Shown here piece by piece: positions 18,269 through 27,786 of a DNA stretch of 64,000 nt. The DNA lies in contig JBOFDS010000011.1 of NCBI GenBank assembly GCA_051647245.1, positions 47,945-111,944 on the forward strand, read 5' to 3'. The notes below the pieces were generated by a model. It was not told where the DNA came from and did no database searches. It worked only from the letters and a program-made list of their open reading frames with translations. Source of the DNA: Brevinema sp. (lineage in GTDB: Bacteria; Spirochaetota; Brevinematia; Brevinematales; Brevinemataceae). Each line of letters begins with the position of its first letter. Position 1 is the stretch's first letter. The position numbers and the translations under genes are program-made.

Positions 18269-19120
18269 CTAGTGAATTTTATAAGTGCTGAGTCTTCTAA
18301 CAATCTCTGGATCACGGTGAGAGAAAAAGAGACTTTCATTGAGGTCAATTATTTTGATAGTGTTCATATCTTTTTCAGACAATTCAAAATCAAAAACTTC
18401 AAAGTTTTGTTGGATACGATCTTTATTAACAGATTTTGGAATGACAACAACATTACGTTGAACTAACCAACGAAGCACGACTTGTGCAACTGATTTTCCA
18501 TATTGATTTCCGATCTCAAGGAGTTGTTCATTTTGGAAGAGATTGTTTTTACCTTCAGCAAAAGGTCCCCAAGATTGGATTTGGACTCCATTTTCTTTCA
18601 AGAAGTTTTCCTCTTCGATACGTTGGTAGAAGGGGTGAGTTTCGATTTGATTAATCATTGGTGCGATCTTATTGTTAGCGATCATATCCATGACCCTATC
18701 ATTATGGAAGTTACTCACACCGATAGCTTTGATTTTGCCAGCATTATAGAGTTCTTCCATGGCACGCCATGCTCCATGTATATCTCCAAAAGGTTGGTGG
18801 ATTAGATAGAGGTCAAGATAATCCAAGCCAAGATTATTCAAAGATTTCTCAAACGCTTTTTTAGTTGCTTCATATCCGACATCTTGTACCCAAACTTTTG
18901 TTGTGATAAACATTTCTTCACGAGCAACACCGCTTTTTTTAATAGCATTCCCGACTGATTCTTCATTTTGATAGGAAGCTGCTGTATCGATCAAACGATA
19001 CCCCTCCTCGATCGCATCCAAGACAGCTTTTTCACAAGCTTCCGGTTCTGGCACTTGGAAAACTCCAAAGCCTAAAATAGGCATTTTTAGCCCATTATTT
19101 AATGTAACATAATTCATCAA
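18269..19120 (-). CDS. aldo/keto reductase (2,5-diketo-D-gluconate reductase-like)
   Basis: [55 protein letters not shown]: classical AKR motifs. 283 aa. Confidence 0.9.
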   Translation of the reverse strand: MMNYVTLNNGLKMPILGFGVFQVPEPEACEKAVLDAIEEGYRLIDTAASYQNEESVGNAIKKSGVAREEMFITTKVWVQDVGYEATKKAFEKSLNNLGLDYLDLYLIHQPFGDIHGAWRAMEELYNAGKIKAIGVSNFHNDRVMDMIANNKIAPMINQIETHPFYQRIEEENFLKENGVQIQSWGPFAEGKNNLFQNEQLLEIGNQYGKSVAQVVLRWLVQRNVVVIPKSVNKDRIQQNFEVFDFELSEKDMNTIKIIDLNESLFFSHRDPEIVRRLSTYKIH

Positions 19121-19273
19121 ATACTCCTTCGAGTTTTTTATTTCATTAATTATAGCACTTTTTCAAGTAATAAAAAGACATTATCCTACCTAATTACTAT
19201 CAAATTCTCTCACAAGAAAATTCTAATCACTAGATCGCTCATCATTCATCTGATAAATTTTACATAACAGGTC

Positions 19274-19302
19274 TTGCTAGAAGAGTTTATTTGTTGTATA
19301 AT
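19274..19302 (+). promoter_or_regulatory. sigma-70-like promoter for the ankyrin gene
   Basis: TTGCTA-N17-TATAAT about 40 nt upstream of the ATG at 19344. Confidence 0.4.
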
Positions 19303-19343
19303 GCAAGAAGAGAACAGTTTCAATGCTACTTGAGGAGTTAAAT

Positions 19344-19865
19344 ATGAAAAGTATAGCTTTTGCCTTTTTATTTGGTTTTTTGATCAGTGTTTCGACGCAC
19401 GCACAAGATATTGTATATTATGCTCTAAAAGGAAATCTTCCCGAAGTACAAAAATGTATCAGCCAAGGCGCAAATATTAATGAACCCAACCACAGAGGAG
19501 ACACAGCATTGATTTTTGCTTCAAGATATGGTCGATTAGAGGTCGTAAAAGAGCTTCTTGCGAATAAAGTGGATGTAAACAAATCAAATCGTAGTGGTCA
19601 GACTCCTTTGATTTTAGCATCGAGATATGGGCACCTTGAGATTGTAAAGCTTCTCATTGCAAACAAGGCAGATGTCAATAAAGCAAACAAACGAGGCGAT
19701 ACGGCGTTAATTTATGCTGCTTACAAATGGCATGAGGATATTATTGAACAATTAATTCTTGCTGGAGCTGAAGTCAAAAAATCAAATAATAGAGGCGATA
19801 CAGCATTTAGTATCGCTGGATCAAATTCAAAAATTCGTCAAATCCTAAAAGATAACGGAGCATAA
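19344..19865 (+). CDS. secreted ankyrin-repeat protein
   Basis: Signal peptide MKSIAFAFLFGFLISVSTHA. Four consecutive 33-aa ANK repeats (GDTALIFASRYGRLEVVKELLANKVDVN, GQTPLILASRYGHLEIVKLLIANKADVN, ...). GAGGAG RBS 6 nt before the ATG. Confidence 0.85.
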   Translation: MKSIAFAFLFGFLISVSTHAQDIVYYALKGNLPEVQKCISQGANINEPNHRGDTALIFASRYGRLEVVKELLANKVDVNKSNRSGQTPLILASRYGHLEIVKLLIANKADVNKANKRGDTALIYAAYKWHEDIIEQLILAGAEVKKSNNRGDTAFSIAGSNSKIRQILKDNGA

Positions 19866-19893
19866 AAAATCCCCTAAACTAGGGGATTTTTTT
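19864..19893. terminator. bidirectional terminator
   Basis: aaaaaaTCCCCTaaactAGGGGAttttttt. Confidence 0.6.
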
Positions 19894-19910
19894 GATGAAT
19901 ATTTATTATT

Positions 19911-20489
19911 CTAATTTACAGAAGTAGAAATGAGATGTGAATTGATGATAGGATTTCGACCATCGAGATCATACTTACCTTGTAAGATGAAGCTTGTGAA
20001 GTTAATTTTTTGCATATAATGAAGAGGACTACCAGCTTCAAACATAGATTCTTCTGGTTTGGTCATTTCAAATGCTTTTGGGCTAGACATTGTCCAATTT
20101 TGTACCAAAGTAAATACGATGAAATATTCAATAGTGCTTGGATAATCAACCAGTAATTCTCCTCGTTTAGGTATAAAAGAATACTTTACGTTTTCGAGTG
20201 GGAGATTTTTGGATAGATCGAGGGTTTGTAGATCATACTCCTGAATGGCATCAAAATTTTGATCTACAAAATAATACTTACCATCAACGACACGAACAGG
20301 CATGACGACATAATAAGAAGAGTTTTCGGCATCTTCATAATCAATAGAATCGGCAATTTGTATTGTGTTGGTGGTGATTACGATTGGAGTGGTTCCATCA
20401 CCAGTATTGGATGAGTCATTTGTTGCTTGTTTAGTTACCTGACAAGCAATAAATAAAATAGGAATAATGAATAATAAGATCTTTTTCAT
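19911..20489 (-). CDS. hypothetical lipoprotein
   Basis: Internal Met at 20489 gives MKKILLFIIPILFIAC (lipobox), preceded by GGAGAA. No recognisable domain. Confidence 0.55.
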   Translation of the reverse strand: MKKILLFIIPILFIACQVTKQATNDSSNTGDGTTPIVITTNTIQIADSIDYEDAENSSYYVVMPVRVVDGKYYFVDQNFDAIQEYDLQTLDLSKNLPLENVKYSFIPKRGELLVDYPSTIEYFIVFTLVQNWTMSSPKAFEMTKPEESMFEAGSPLHYMQKINFTSFILQGKYDLDGRNPIINSHLISTSVN

Positions 20490-20640
20490 TGAATTCTCCT
20501 TGTTTAATATATATTTATAATATAATCTTTTTAGCACCATAAGACAAATTTACCTCGAAAAAGTCCCCTTTTTGATGAGTTGACTTTAAGCGTACATCAT
20601 ACTATAATATAAGGGATCTCAAGATAAGGGGAGCCTAAAT

Positions 20641-21777
20641 ATGTGGTCACTTTTTTATGATGCTGCCTCCAGTGCTTTTATTCAAGTAGGTAGTTTTGTT
20701 GCTATTACGTTGTTTCTTTTTGGATATATAAATTTCGCTAGTGGTGGGAAAGTTATCCGTGCGATTCAGGAAAAGAAAAAACTCCAAGTATTATTTGGAG
20801 CTTTGCTTGGTTTGACGCCTGGTTGTGGTGGAGCTATTCTTATCATGCCTCTTTACTTAAAAGGGCAAGTAACTTTTGGAACGGTTGTCGCTACACTTGT
20901 AGCAACGATGGGTGATGCTGCTTTTGTCTTACTTACCACCCTTCCTAAACAATTCATTTTGGTTTCTCTGATTTCTTTAGTAACGGGTGTTATTACTGGA
21001 TATACGATTGATTATTTCAAGATTGGTTCTAAGCTAAATACTCCCATTTCTGATATTGAGTTGAAGTGCAATAAAATGTTCCAAGAAGAAGTTACAGAAT
21101 TTCAAGATCAAAATATATCTTCACCGATTTCTATGGGGAAACTCCAGACTGCTGTTTATTTTTTTAGGCATCATATTGGTTTTGTGATTTTTTGGATATT
21201 TGCTGTGTTATCGCTCCCTCTTGGAATCATGAATCTACTCCAAATAGACTTCGACAATGCTTTTCCTATTAAGAATCTTGGATTGATAGGATTTTGGGGG
21301 ACGATATTTAGTATTCTCTACAACCTCATCACTCAAAAAATACTTGTTGACGATGTCTTACCTGAAGTAAAAAGTAAACAAGACTCTTTTAGAGAGACCC
21401 TTGTGCACAATGCTGAAGAAACAGCCTTTGTGATTATGTGGGTGTTTTTTGCGCTCTTTGCTTATGAGGTTTTAATTACGTATCTAAATGGACAAGAATT
21501 TATTGATTTTATTATTACTAAAAACGGATATCTTGGGGTGATTGGGGGATTATTAGTGGGATTGATTCCAGGCTGTGGCCCTCATATTATTCTCACAACA
21601 CTTTATATTCAAGGCATCATCCCGTTTTCGGTACTTGTAACAAACGCCATCTCAAATGACGGAGACGCACTTTTTCCTCTTCTTGCTATGGATAAGCGTT
21701 CTGCCTTTTTTGCATCGCTCTACAGTACAATCCCAGCATTTATTGTGGGGACGACGCTCTACCTTTTAGGTTTTTAA
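20641..21777 (+). CDS. polytopic membrane protein with duplicated PGCG motif (possible ArsP_2/DUF2899-type metal permease)
   Basis: About 10 TM helices. Two-fold internal repeat, each half carrying L(T/I)PGCG(G/P).IL....LY (LGLTPGCGGAILIMPLY and VGLIPGCGPHIILTTLY). Family assignment is from memory only. Confidence 0.4.
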   Translation: MWSLFYDAASSAFIQVGSFVAITLFLFGYINFASGGKVIRAIQEKKKLQVLFGALLGLTPGCGGAILIMPLYLKGQVTFGTVVATLVATMGDAAFVLLTTLPKQFILVSLISLVTGVITGYTIDYFKIGSKLNTPISDIELKCNKMFQEEVTEFQDQNISSPISMGKLQTAVYFFRHHIGFVIFWIFAVLSLPLGIMNLLQIDFDNAFPIKNLGLIGFWGTIFSILYNLITQKILVDDVLPEVKSKQDSFRETLVHNAEETAFVIMWVFFALFAYEVLITYLNGQEFIDFIITKNGYLGVIGGLLVGLIPGCGPHIILTTLYIQGIIPFSVLVTNAISNDGDALFPLLAMDKRSAFFASLYSTIPAFIVGTTLYLLGF

Positions 21778-21798
21778 TTTCAAAATAAGGATTTCTCG

Positions 21799-23157
21799 AT
21801 GACTGTAAAATTTTTCAACAGCTTAAGTAAACAAAATGAAGCTCTCCCCCTCAAAAAAACAATCTCTATTTATTCTTGTGGCCCAACAGTTTATGATTAT
21901 GCGCATATTGGGAATATGAGAACATTTTTGTTTGAGGATCTGCTTATTCGAACTTTAAAAGCCTTTAATTATGAAGTGAGTCATGTACGCAATCTGACTG
22001 ATGTTGACGATAAAACCATCGCGACATCTATCGAACAAAACCTATCACTAAAAGAATTTACAAATAAATACATCAACATATTTTTTCAAAATCTTCAAGA
22101 GCTGTCTTTTGATCAGACAAACACAAACTACCTCAAAGCAACAGATTACGTAGGGAAAATGATCGTTCTAATTAATAACCTAATTGAAGCGGGATTTGCG
22201 TATGAGAAAGCAGATGGGGTATATTTTAAGATTTCTTCTTTTAAAGAGTATGGAAATTTCAAAGATTTAGATCTTGATCATCTTTGTGAAAATATCTCCG
22301 TTGACAATTCTGAATTCTCCAAAGAAGAATACGGCGATTTTGTAATGTGGAAAAAATACAAAGAAAGCGATGGAGAAGTTTATTGGGAAAGTCCGTGGGG
22401 AAAGGGTAGACCAGGTTGGCATACAGAATGTGCGGCTATGGTACATGAGCAATTTCCTGATGGGGTTGACATTCATACGGGTGGTATCGACCTACTTTTT
22501 CCACACCACACTAATGAAAAAGCTCATTGTGAATGCTTAACACATAAGCCGATGGCGACTCTCTGGATGCATGCAACACACCTTCTTGTGGACAATAAAA
22601 AAATGAGCAAAAGCCTTGGGAATTTTTATACTATTAAAGATCTCCAAGATAAAGGCTACTCAAATCGCAGTATTCGTTTTTATCTTTTGACAGGCGCTCA
22701 TTATCAAACCCCTCTAAACTTTACTTTAGATGGTTTGAGTGGGACAGATTCTGCACTAAAGAGAATCGATAATTTTATCCAAGAATTGATTTCCACACCA
22801 ACTCTTGGAAGCGATTATCCTTTAAAAGAGAAATTTTTCACCCATCTTGGTGATAATTTGAATATTTCTGCGGCGATGGGGGAGATCTTTAGCTTAATCA
22901 ACAACTACTACAAAGACCTATCTGTCAACTCCTCTCAAGTCTTGAACGATCTTCAAGAAATCAATAAGGTACTTGGAATTTTAGAATTTGACGAAGAAAT
23001 TATTTTAGACGATATTGCTCAGAGTTTATTTGACCAACGAGTTCAAGCTCGTCTTGAGAAAAATTGGGCTGAATCTGATCGACTTCGCGATGCTTTACTG
23101 GAATTGGGATTCGAAGTTCGTGAGACCAAAGAAGGAACAATTATTCGAAAGGTTTAA
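21799..23157 (+). CDS. cysS: cysteine--tRNA ligase
   Basis: SCGPTVYDYAHIGNMRTF (HIGH-type), GWHTECAAM, KMSKSLGN. Confidence 0.95.
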   Translation: MTVKFFNSLSKQNEALPLKKTISIYSCGPTVYDYAHIGNMRTFLFEDLLIRTLKAFNYEVSHVRNLTDVDDKTIATSIEQNLSLKEFTNKYINIFFQNLQELSFDQTNTNYLKATDYVGKMIVLINNLIEAGFAYEKADGVYFKISSFKEYGNFKDLDLDHLCENISVDNSEFSKEEYGDFVMWKKYKESDGEVYWESPWGKGRPGWHTECAAMVHEQFPDGVDIHTGGIDLLFPHHTNEKAHCECLTHKPMATLWMHATHLLVDNKKMSKSLGNFYTIKDLQDKGYSNRSIRFYLLTGAHYQTPLNFTLDGLSGTDSALKRIDNFIQELISTPTLGSDYPLKEKFFTHLGDNLNISAAMGEIFSLINNYYKDLSVNSSQVLNDLQEINKVLGILEFDEEIILDDIAQSLFDQRVQARLEKNWAESDRLRDALLELGFEVRETKEGTIIRKV

Positions 23158-23163
23158 AATCAA

Positions 23164-23192
23164 ATAGATCTTCCCTAGATAGGAAGATCTAT
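23164..23192. terminator. bidirectional terminator hairpin
   Basis: ATAGATCTTCC-ctagata-GGAAGATCTAT, an 11-bp perfect stem between convergent genes. Confidence 0.55.
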
Positions 23193-23195
23193 TGT

Positions 23196-23843
23196 TTAAT
23201 TCAAATTGAGACGTTCGATTCGCGTATAAAAATTTTTGATGGCATCAGAAATAGATGCGTAATTTTCTTCGGCAAGGTCTTCCTTACGAAAAATTGATCC
23301 TTTAACACCAACGGCTTTGACACCGTATTGGAGCAACTCCAAAGCTAAAGATAGGGTCAATCCTCCCGTCAATAGGAGATTTGCTTTGGGCATATGATCC
23401 AAAATCGACAATAAAGAACGAGATGGTAACTGTGCAGCAGGGAAAATCTGAACTAATTCTGGAGTAAGTTTATTTGCTGTGTGGATTTCTGTAGGTGAAA
23501 GCGCAGAAACAATTGCTGTTTTTTGATATTGAGAAGCAATAGGCAAAATCTCTGTAGCTAAAACAGAACTAATCACAAAATCAGCTCCATTTTTGAGTAC
23601 AATATTGGCATCGTTGGCCTCGTTAATAAATCCAGCACCCAAAGACATCTCTGGAAATTCTTTCAAAAGATTATTCAAAATTCCTGATTCTTGTAGCTGT
23701 TCATCGGTCTTAAAATTAACCTGTAAAATAGATACATTATCTTCAAGCATCGTCTCGACGAGTGCCTTTGGATTTTTCATACTCGAAAAATCGATGATCG
23801 GTAAAAAACGAAGCTTTAAAATCTTCTCAATAACTGACTGCAT
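23196..23843 (-). CDS. KDPG/KHG aldolase (Eda)-fold protein lacking canonical catalytic residues
   Basis: Aligns by eye along the whole length with E. coli Eda as I recall it (LPII.., LGAGF, GADFVISS, SPTEI, IFPAA, LTGGL). Start at 23843 is supported by GAGGA 4 nt upstream; the longer ORF would overlap smpB. Confidence 0.6.
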   Translation of the reverse strand: MQSVIEKILKLRFLPIIDFSSMKNPKALVETMLEDNVSILQVNFKTDEQLQESGILNNLLKEFPEMSLGAGFINEANDANIVLKNGADFVISSVLATEILPIASQYQKTAIVSALSPTEIHTANKLTPELVQIFPAAQLPSRSLLSILDHMPKANLLLTGGLTLSLALELLQYGVKAVGVKGSIFRKEDLAEENYASISDAIKNFYTRIERLNLN

Positions 23844-23889
23844 AGGGTCCTCATTACAAAAATTATATTTTTCAAAAGGAAAAATCAAT

Positions 23890-24372
23890 ATGAAAAAAAT
23901 ACCAACAAAAACTGATAATAAAATAACAATGATCGCAAACAACAAAAAAGCATATCATGATTTTGAAGTACTAGAAACTTTCGAAGCTGGTATCGAATTA
24001 CGAGGAACAGAAATCAAATCTGTCCGCGAAGGGCGTGTCAACCTCAAAGAATCTTATGTTCTAGCTAAAAATGGTCAAGCTAGAATTATTGGGATGAATA
24101 TTAGCCAATATACTTTTGGGAATCTTTTCAATCACGTCCCAAAACGTGAACGACGCCTTCTTCTTCATAAACGAGAAATCATCAAATTGGAACAAGATGC
24201 CATGCAGAAAGGGCTTACCATCATTCCTCTCTCCCTTTACATTAAAGGTCGCCTTGCAAAAATATCCATAGGGCTTTGTCGCGGTAAAAAACTTTATGAT
24301 AAGCGTGAACAATTAAAGGCCAAAGAAACTAACAGAGAGATCCAACGCACCCTCAAATCTTTTAGGAACTAA
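23890..24372 (+). CDS. smpB: SsrA-binding protein SmpB
   Basis: IANNKKAYHDFEVLETFEAGIELRGTEIKSVREGRVNLKESY...LLLHKREI..L: canonical SmpB. Only the 3' part of listed ORF 23593..24372 is the gene. An alternative start at 23929 is possible. Confidence 0.9.
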   Translation: MKKIPTKTDNKITMIANNKKAYHDFEVLETFEAGIELRGTEIKSVREGRVNLKESYVLAKNGQARIIGMNISQYTFGNLFNHVPKRERRLLLHKREIIKLEQDAMQKGLTIIPLSLYIKGRLAKISIGLCRGKKLYDKREQLKAKETNREIQRTLKSFRN

Positions 24373-25120
24373 TTTTACAGAGATCACAACTCGGATCTGA
24401 TGACAAGATTTTGAAATGTAATCCAAAAACATCATGAATAGCTTGCTGAGGAACATTTTGTGCAGATCCGATGTATTTGATTTCATGCATCAACAATGCA
24501 ATTTCATCCGCAATATTGAGGACTCCATTAATATCGTGAGAAATGATTAAAATCCCCATTCCATTCTTATCTCTCAATTCACAAAGTAATTGATAAATAA
24601 TTTTAATTGATCCTACATCCATCGCACTAGATGGCTCATCAAGAAACAAAAACTTTGGAGCATTTACTAACGCAAGTGCAAGCAAGACACGTTGTTTCTG
24701 CCCTCCAGAAAGTTTTTCGAACAGATCATCTTTTCTATCCCACAATTTTACCTTATCAAGTGCGACTCGAATTTTGTCTTTTTCTGTACTACTCAAAAAC
24801 TCAAACCATTTTTTTTGAGCTTTGATTCCTTGTGCAACTACATCAAACACCGTTAACGGCAACAATGCATTAGTCTGATGATGTTGAGGAAGATATCCTA
24901 TTTCATGATTTAGAATCGCATGAGAGATTTTTTTTTCATTGAGTAGGACTGTTCCAGTGTGATTGGTTTGTAAACCTAAAATAGACTTAAGAAGCGTGGT
25001 TTTACCAGATCCATTTGGCCCTATTACAGCTAAAATTTTTCCAGCAGAAAGTGTGAAGTTAATGTTTTGGAGTATAGGTTCAGATTCAAAGATAACACCT
25101 AGATCTTTCACAGAAAGCAT
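24362..25120 (-). CDS. metal-type (ZnuC/TroB-like) ABC transporter ATP-binding protein
   Basis: Walker A GPNGSGKTTLLK, signature LSGGQKQRV, Walker B FLFLDEP, H-loop SHD. ATG at 25120 is preceded by AGGAG (5-nt spacer). Confidence 0.85.
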   Translation of the reverse strand: MLSVKDLGVIFESEPILQNINFTLSAGKILAVIGPNGSGKTTLLKSILGLQTNHTGTVLLNEKKISHAILNHEIGYLPQHHQTNALLPLTVFDVVAQGIKAQKKWFEFLSSTEKDKIRVALDKVKLWDRKDDLFEKLSGGQKQRVLLALALVNAPKFLFLDEPSSAMDVGSIKIIYQLLCELRDKNGMGILIISHDINGVLNIADEIALLMHEIKYIGSAQNVPQQAIHDVFGLHFKILSSDPSCDLCKISS

Positions 25121-25128
25121 AGTATCTC

Positions 25129-25398
25129 CTAATTTTGACACAGAATTTCTAATTTTTGAAGTCCCTCTTCTTGAGAGAGTGTTTGGAAGGAAAATCGTTT
25201 TTTCGTTCCTTTCTCACCCGAAATCAAGATAATAGAAGTTTTGGGGACAGAGAAGTTCTTCGCCAAAAACTCTATGATTTTTTTATTTGCCTGTCCGTCA
25301 ACAGGCGGAGCAGTGATTTTGAGTTTGATACGTGAATCTTCTTGAATGAGTTTGTCACGAGAAGATCGCGGAACAACAGCTAATTCTAAAACAAACAT
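25129..25398 (-). CDS. DUF167 / YggU-family protein
   Basis: VVPRSSRDKL...IKLKITAPPVDGQANKKIIEFLAK...ILISGEKGTKKRF is the YggU pattern. Confidence 0.8.
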   Translation of the reverse strand: MFVLELAVVPRSSRDKLIQEDSRIKLKITAPPVDGQANKKIIEFLAKNFSVPKTSIILISGEKGTKKRFSFQTLSQEEGLQKLEILCQN

Positions 25399-25701
25399 CT
25401 AGAGCATCTGGATTAATGTAAATACAAGCTGACGCAAGATAATCAAGGCATAATCAATGACCGTAAGAAAAATAAACATGTAAAAAGGAGAGAGATCCAA
25501 AATGCCTATACGAAGTGGTGGGAAAATTTTGAGGAGAGCGTTATAAACAGGATTTATCAACATATCGATAAATTGAAACACAACAAAAGAACGATCAATT
25601 GGAAACCATGACATAATAATCCAAATAAAAAAGATAAGATTATACATTTGCACAGCAAAATTAAGAAAATTAAAAATAAAATAGACGCTTTCGATTAACA
25701 T
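25399..25701 (-). CDS. YggT-family membrane protein
   Basis: 100-aa two-to-three-TM protein with PVYNALLKIFPPLRIGILDLSP, immediately downstream of yggS. Confidence 0.7.
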   Translation of the reverse strand: MLIESVYFIFNFLNFAVQMYNLIFFIWIIMSWFPIDRSFVVFQFIDMLINPVYNALLKIFPPLRIGILDLSPFYMFIFLTVIDYALIILRQLVFTLIQML

Positions 25702-25714
25702 AGTTTATCACCTT

Positions 25715-26386
25715 CTAAGATTTAAATAATATTGTCCCAAGTCGAATCATGTCGGAACCTTCTTGAATTGCCCAATAAAAATCACTACTCATCCCCATAG
25801 ATAATTTCAAAGAAGAAATTTCAGGGAATTGTTGTAATATTTGTTCACGGATCTCTCGGAGTTCTGCAAAAGATCTTCTGACTACTTTTTCGTCAGTACT
25901 CAAGGCACCTATAGTCATAAGACCTTTTAAAGACAAATAATGATGAAAAGACAGAACGTGCTCGACCATCTTTTTCAACTCATCAATATCTTCGAGGCCA
26001 TGTTTGGATGATTCATGAGAAGTATTCATTTGGAAATAGATATTTTTATGAATTTTTTTTGATTGCAGTTTTTTTGTGATACTTTGGAGCTGTGTGAGAG
26101 ACTCTATACTTTGAATCGTATCAAAAAGCTTGAGGGCATTATTTTCTTTATTACTTTGGAGTGAACCAATTAAATGCTTTTGAATAGAAAAATCGTTTAA
26201 TTCTGGAAATTTGAGAGCAGCATCTTGAATACGATTTTCTCCGAGAATTGTCACACCTTCTGAGATGAGAGTCTTAACTTTATCAAGAGGCTGATTTTTG
26301 ATCACAGCCATCACTTCAATAGATTCGCCTTGACGTGAAGAAGAGGACTTTGCTCTTTCTATTTGATCCAAAATTTCAAGATACAT
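25715..26386 (-). CDS. yggS: YggS-family pyridoxal-phosphate homeostasis protein
   Basis: AVIKNQP...GENRIQDA...HLIGSLQSNK...LSMGMSSDF...GSDMIRLGT: YggS/alanine-racemase-N fold signature. Confidence 0.85.
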   Translation of the reverse strand: MYLEILDQIERAKSSSSRQGESIEVMAVIKNQPLDKVKTLISEGVTILGENRIQDAALKFPELNDFSIQKHLIGSLQSNKENNALKLFDTIQSIESLTQLQSITKKLQSKKIHKNIYFQMNTSHESSKHGLEDIDELKKMVEHVLSFHHYLSLKGLMTIGALSTDEKVVRRSFAELREIREQILQQFPEISSLKLSMGMSSDFYWAIQEGSDMIRLGTILFKS

Positions 26387-27742
26387 TTAGGCACCCAATT
26401 TTAATTGTGCGATTTTTTTATCGATATGTCTAAAATCAACAAGCAAGGCAATCAAGCCAAATATAGCGATAAGAATATAAGTCGCGCTAAAGGCAAGCCA
26501 TACCCCTTTAACACCGAAAAATTCAGGCAATAAAGTGAGAAATAAACTCACAAACATCGGATAAGTTATAGATAAACAGAAAGAGGTACGTGCGTGACCC
26601 ATGGCTTGAAGTGCTTCAACGATACATAAAAACACAGCCCAACCCCAATAAGTCAATCCTTCATAGAGTGAAATTTCTTGACAAATTTTGATGATGGTTT
26701 CATTTGGGGTGAATAATTGATAGAGACCTGCTGGAGCAAAAACAAGTAATAGGCTTGAAATTAAACCCACACCAACACCTGTAGCAAGAACCGTAGCTGT
26801 AATTTTTTTAACCCTTTCATATAATTCTGCGCCATAATTCAATCCGATAAGAGGTTGTCCGCCCATCGTCAACGACACAATAATCATCCCAAGTACATTG
26901 ATAACACGCGTAAACACACCAAAAGCAGACAAATATTCAGAACCATAACTACTGAGAACATTATTAGCAAGAGAAAAAACGCCGACAAAAAGCATCAATC
27001 TCATTCCTGTAGGAAAACCAACAGCAATGACTTCTTTGAAGAGGGGGAAATGAATCTCAAATTCTTTACTGAAGCAGAGGTTGGTTTTGTAGAGTTTTTT
27101 AATCTTCATGAATAAAAATAGGAATAAAACTGCTTGACTAATTGCTGTAGCAATCGCTGCTCCTGCAACTCCCCATTGAAAACCAACAATGAAGACGGCA
27201 TCTAAAATAATATTCAACACCGCAGCCATCACAGAGAAATACATTCCTTGAGCTACTTGACCTTGAGCTCTAAGAGCACCAAGCATCATATTATTCAATG
27301 GCAAAATAAAAGAAGTCCACAGAACAATAGCCCCGTAGGAACGTGCATAAGGAAGGATATCCGGTGTCGCCCCAATCAAGCCTAGACAATAATCTAAATT
27401 CAAAAGGAAGATCATACTCAAGGAAAACGCAACAACAAAAGTGCCCCAAAAACTATGAATAAGTGTTTTGACAGCTCTATGGTGATTTTTAGCACCTAGT
27501 GCTCGAGAGACGATGGAACTATTTCCAACAGAGAATAAAACTCCTATCGAAATAAACAATAATTGTATGACATTAATAATAGAAAGCGCAGCTAAGGCTT
27601 CTGTCCCAACAAAATAACCAACGAAAATTGAGTCGACGGTATTATAAAGTGAGTCAATAAAGCCAGCCAAGATTGCTGGTAAGGATAAAGATAGAATCAT
27701 CTTGAAGATATTTTCTTCTTTTAAGAATTTTGTAGTTGGCAT
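26387..27742 (-). CDS. MATE-family efflux transporter
   Basis: 12-TM protein with LSLSLPAILAGFIDSLYNTVDSIFVG and a repeated MatE half. Confidence 0.85.
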   Translation of the reverse strand: MPTTKFLKEENIFKMILSLSLPAILAGFIDSLYNTVDSIFVGYFVGTEALAALSIINVIQLLFISIGVLFSVGNSSIVSRALGAKNHHRAVKTLIHSFWGTFVVAFSLSMIFLLNLDYCLGLIGATPDILPYARSYGAIVLWTSFILPLNNMMLGALRAQGQVAQGMYFSVMAAVLNIILDAVFIVGFQWGVAGAAIATAISQAVLFLFLFMKIKKLYKTNLCFSKEFEIHFPLFKEVIAVGFPTGMRLMLFVGVFSLANNVLSSYGSEYLSAFGVFTRVINVLGMIIVSLTMGGQPLIGLNYGAELYERVKKITATVLATGVGVGLISSLLLVFAPAGLYQLFTPNETIIKICQEISLYEGLTYWGWAVFLCIVEALQAMGHARTSFCLSITYPMFVSLFLTLLPEFFGVKGVWLAFSATYILIAIFGLIALLVDFRHIDKKIAQLKLGA

Positions 27743-27786
27743 GAAATTTCCTTTAGATATTGCTTTTTTGAAAGCTGAAGCTAAGC

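Noticed and set aside
23593-23889. 5' extension of the smpB ORF (listed start at 23593).
   Set aside because: The extension is antisense to the Eda-like gene and is not homologous to SmpB. SmpB homology begins at about 23890-23929, which has an RBS.
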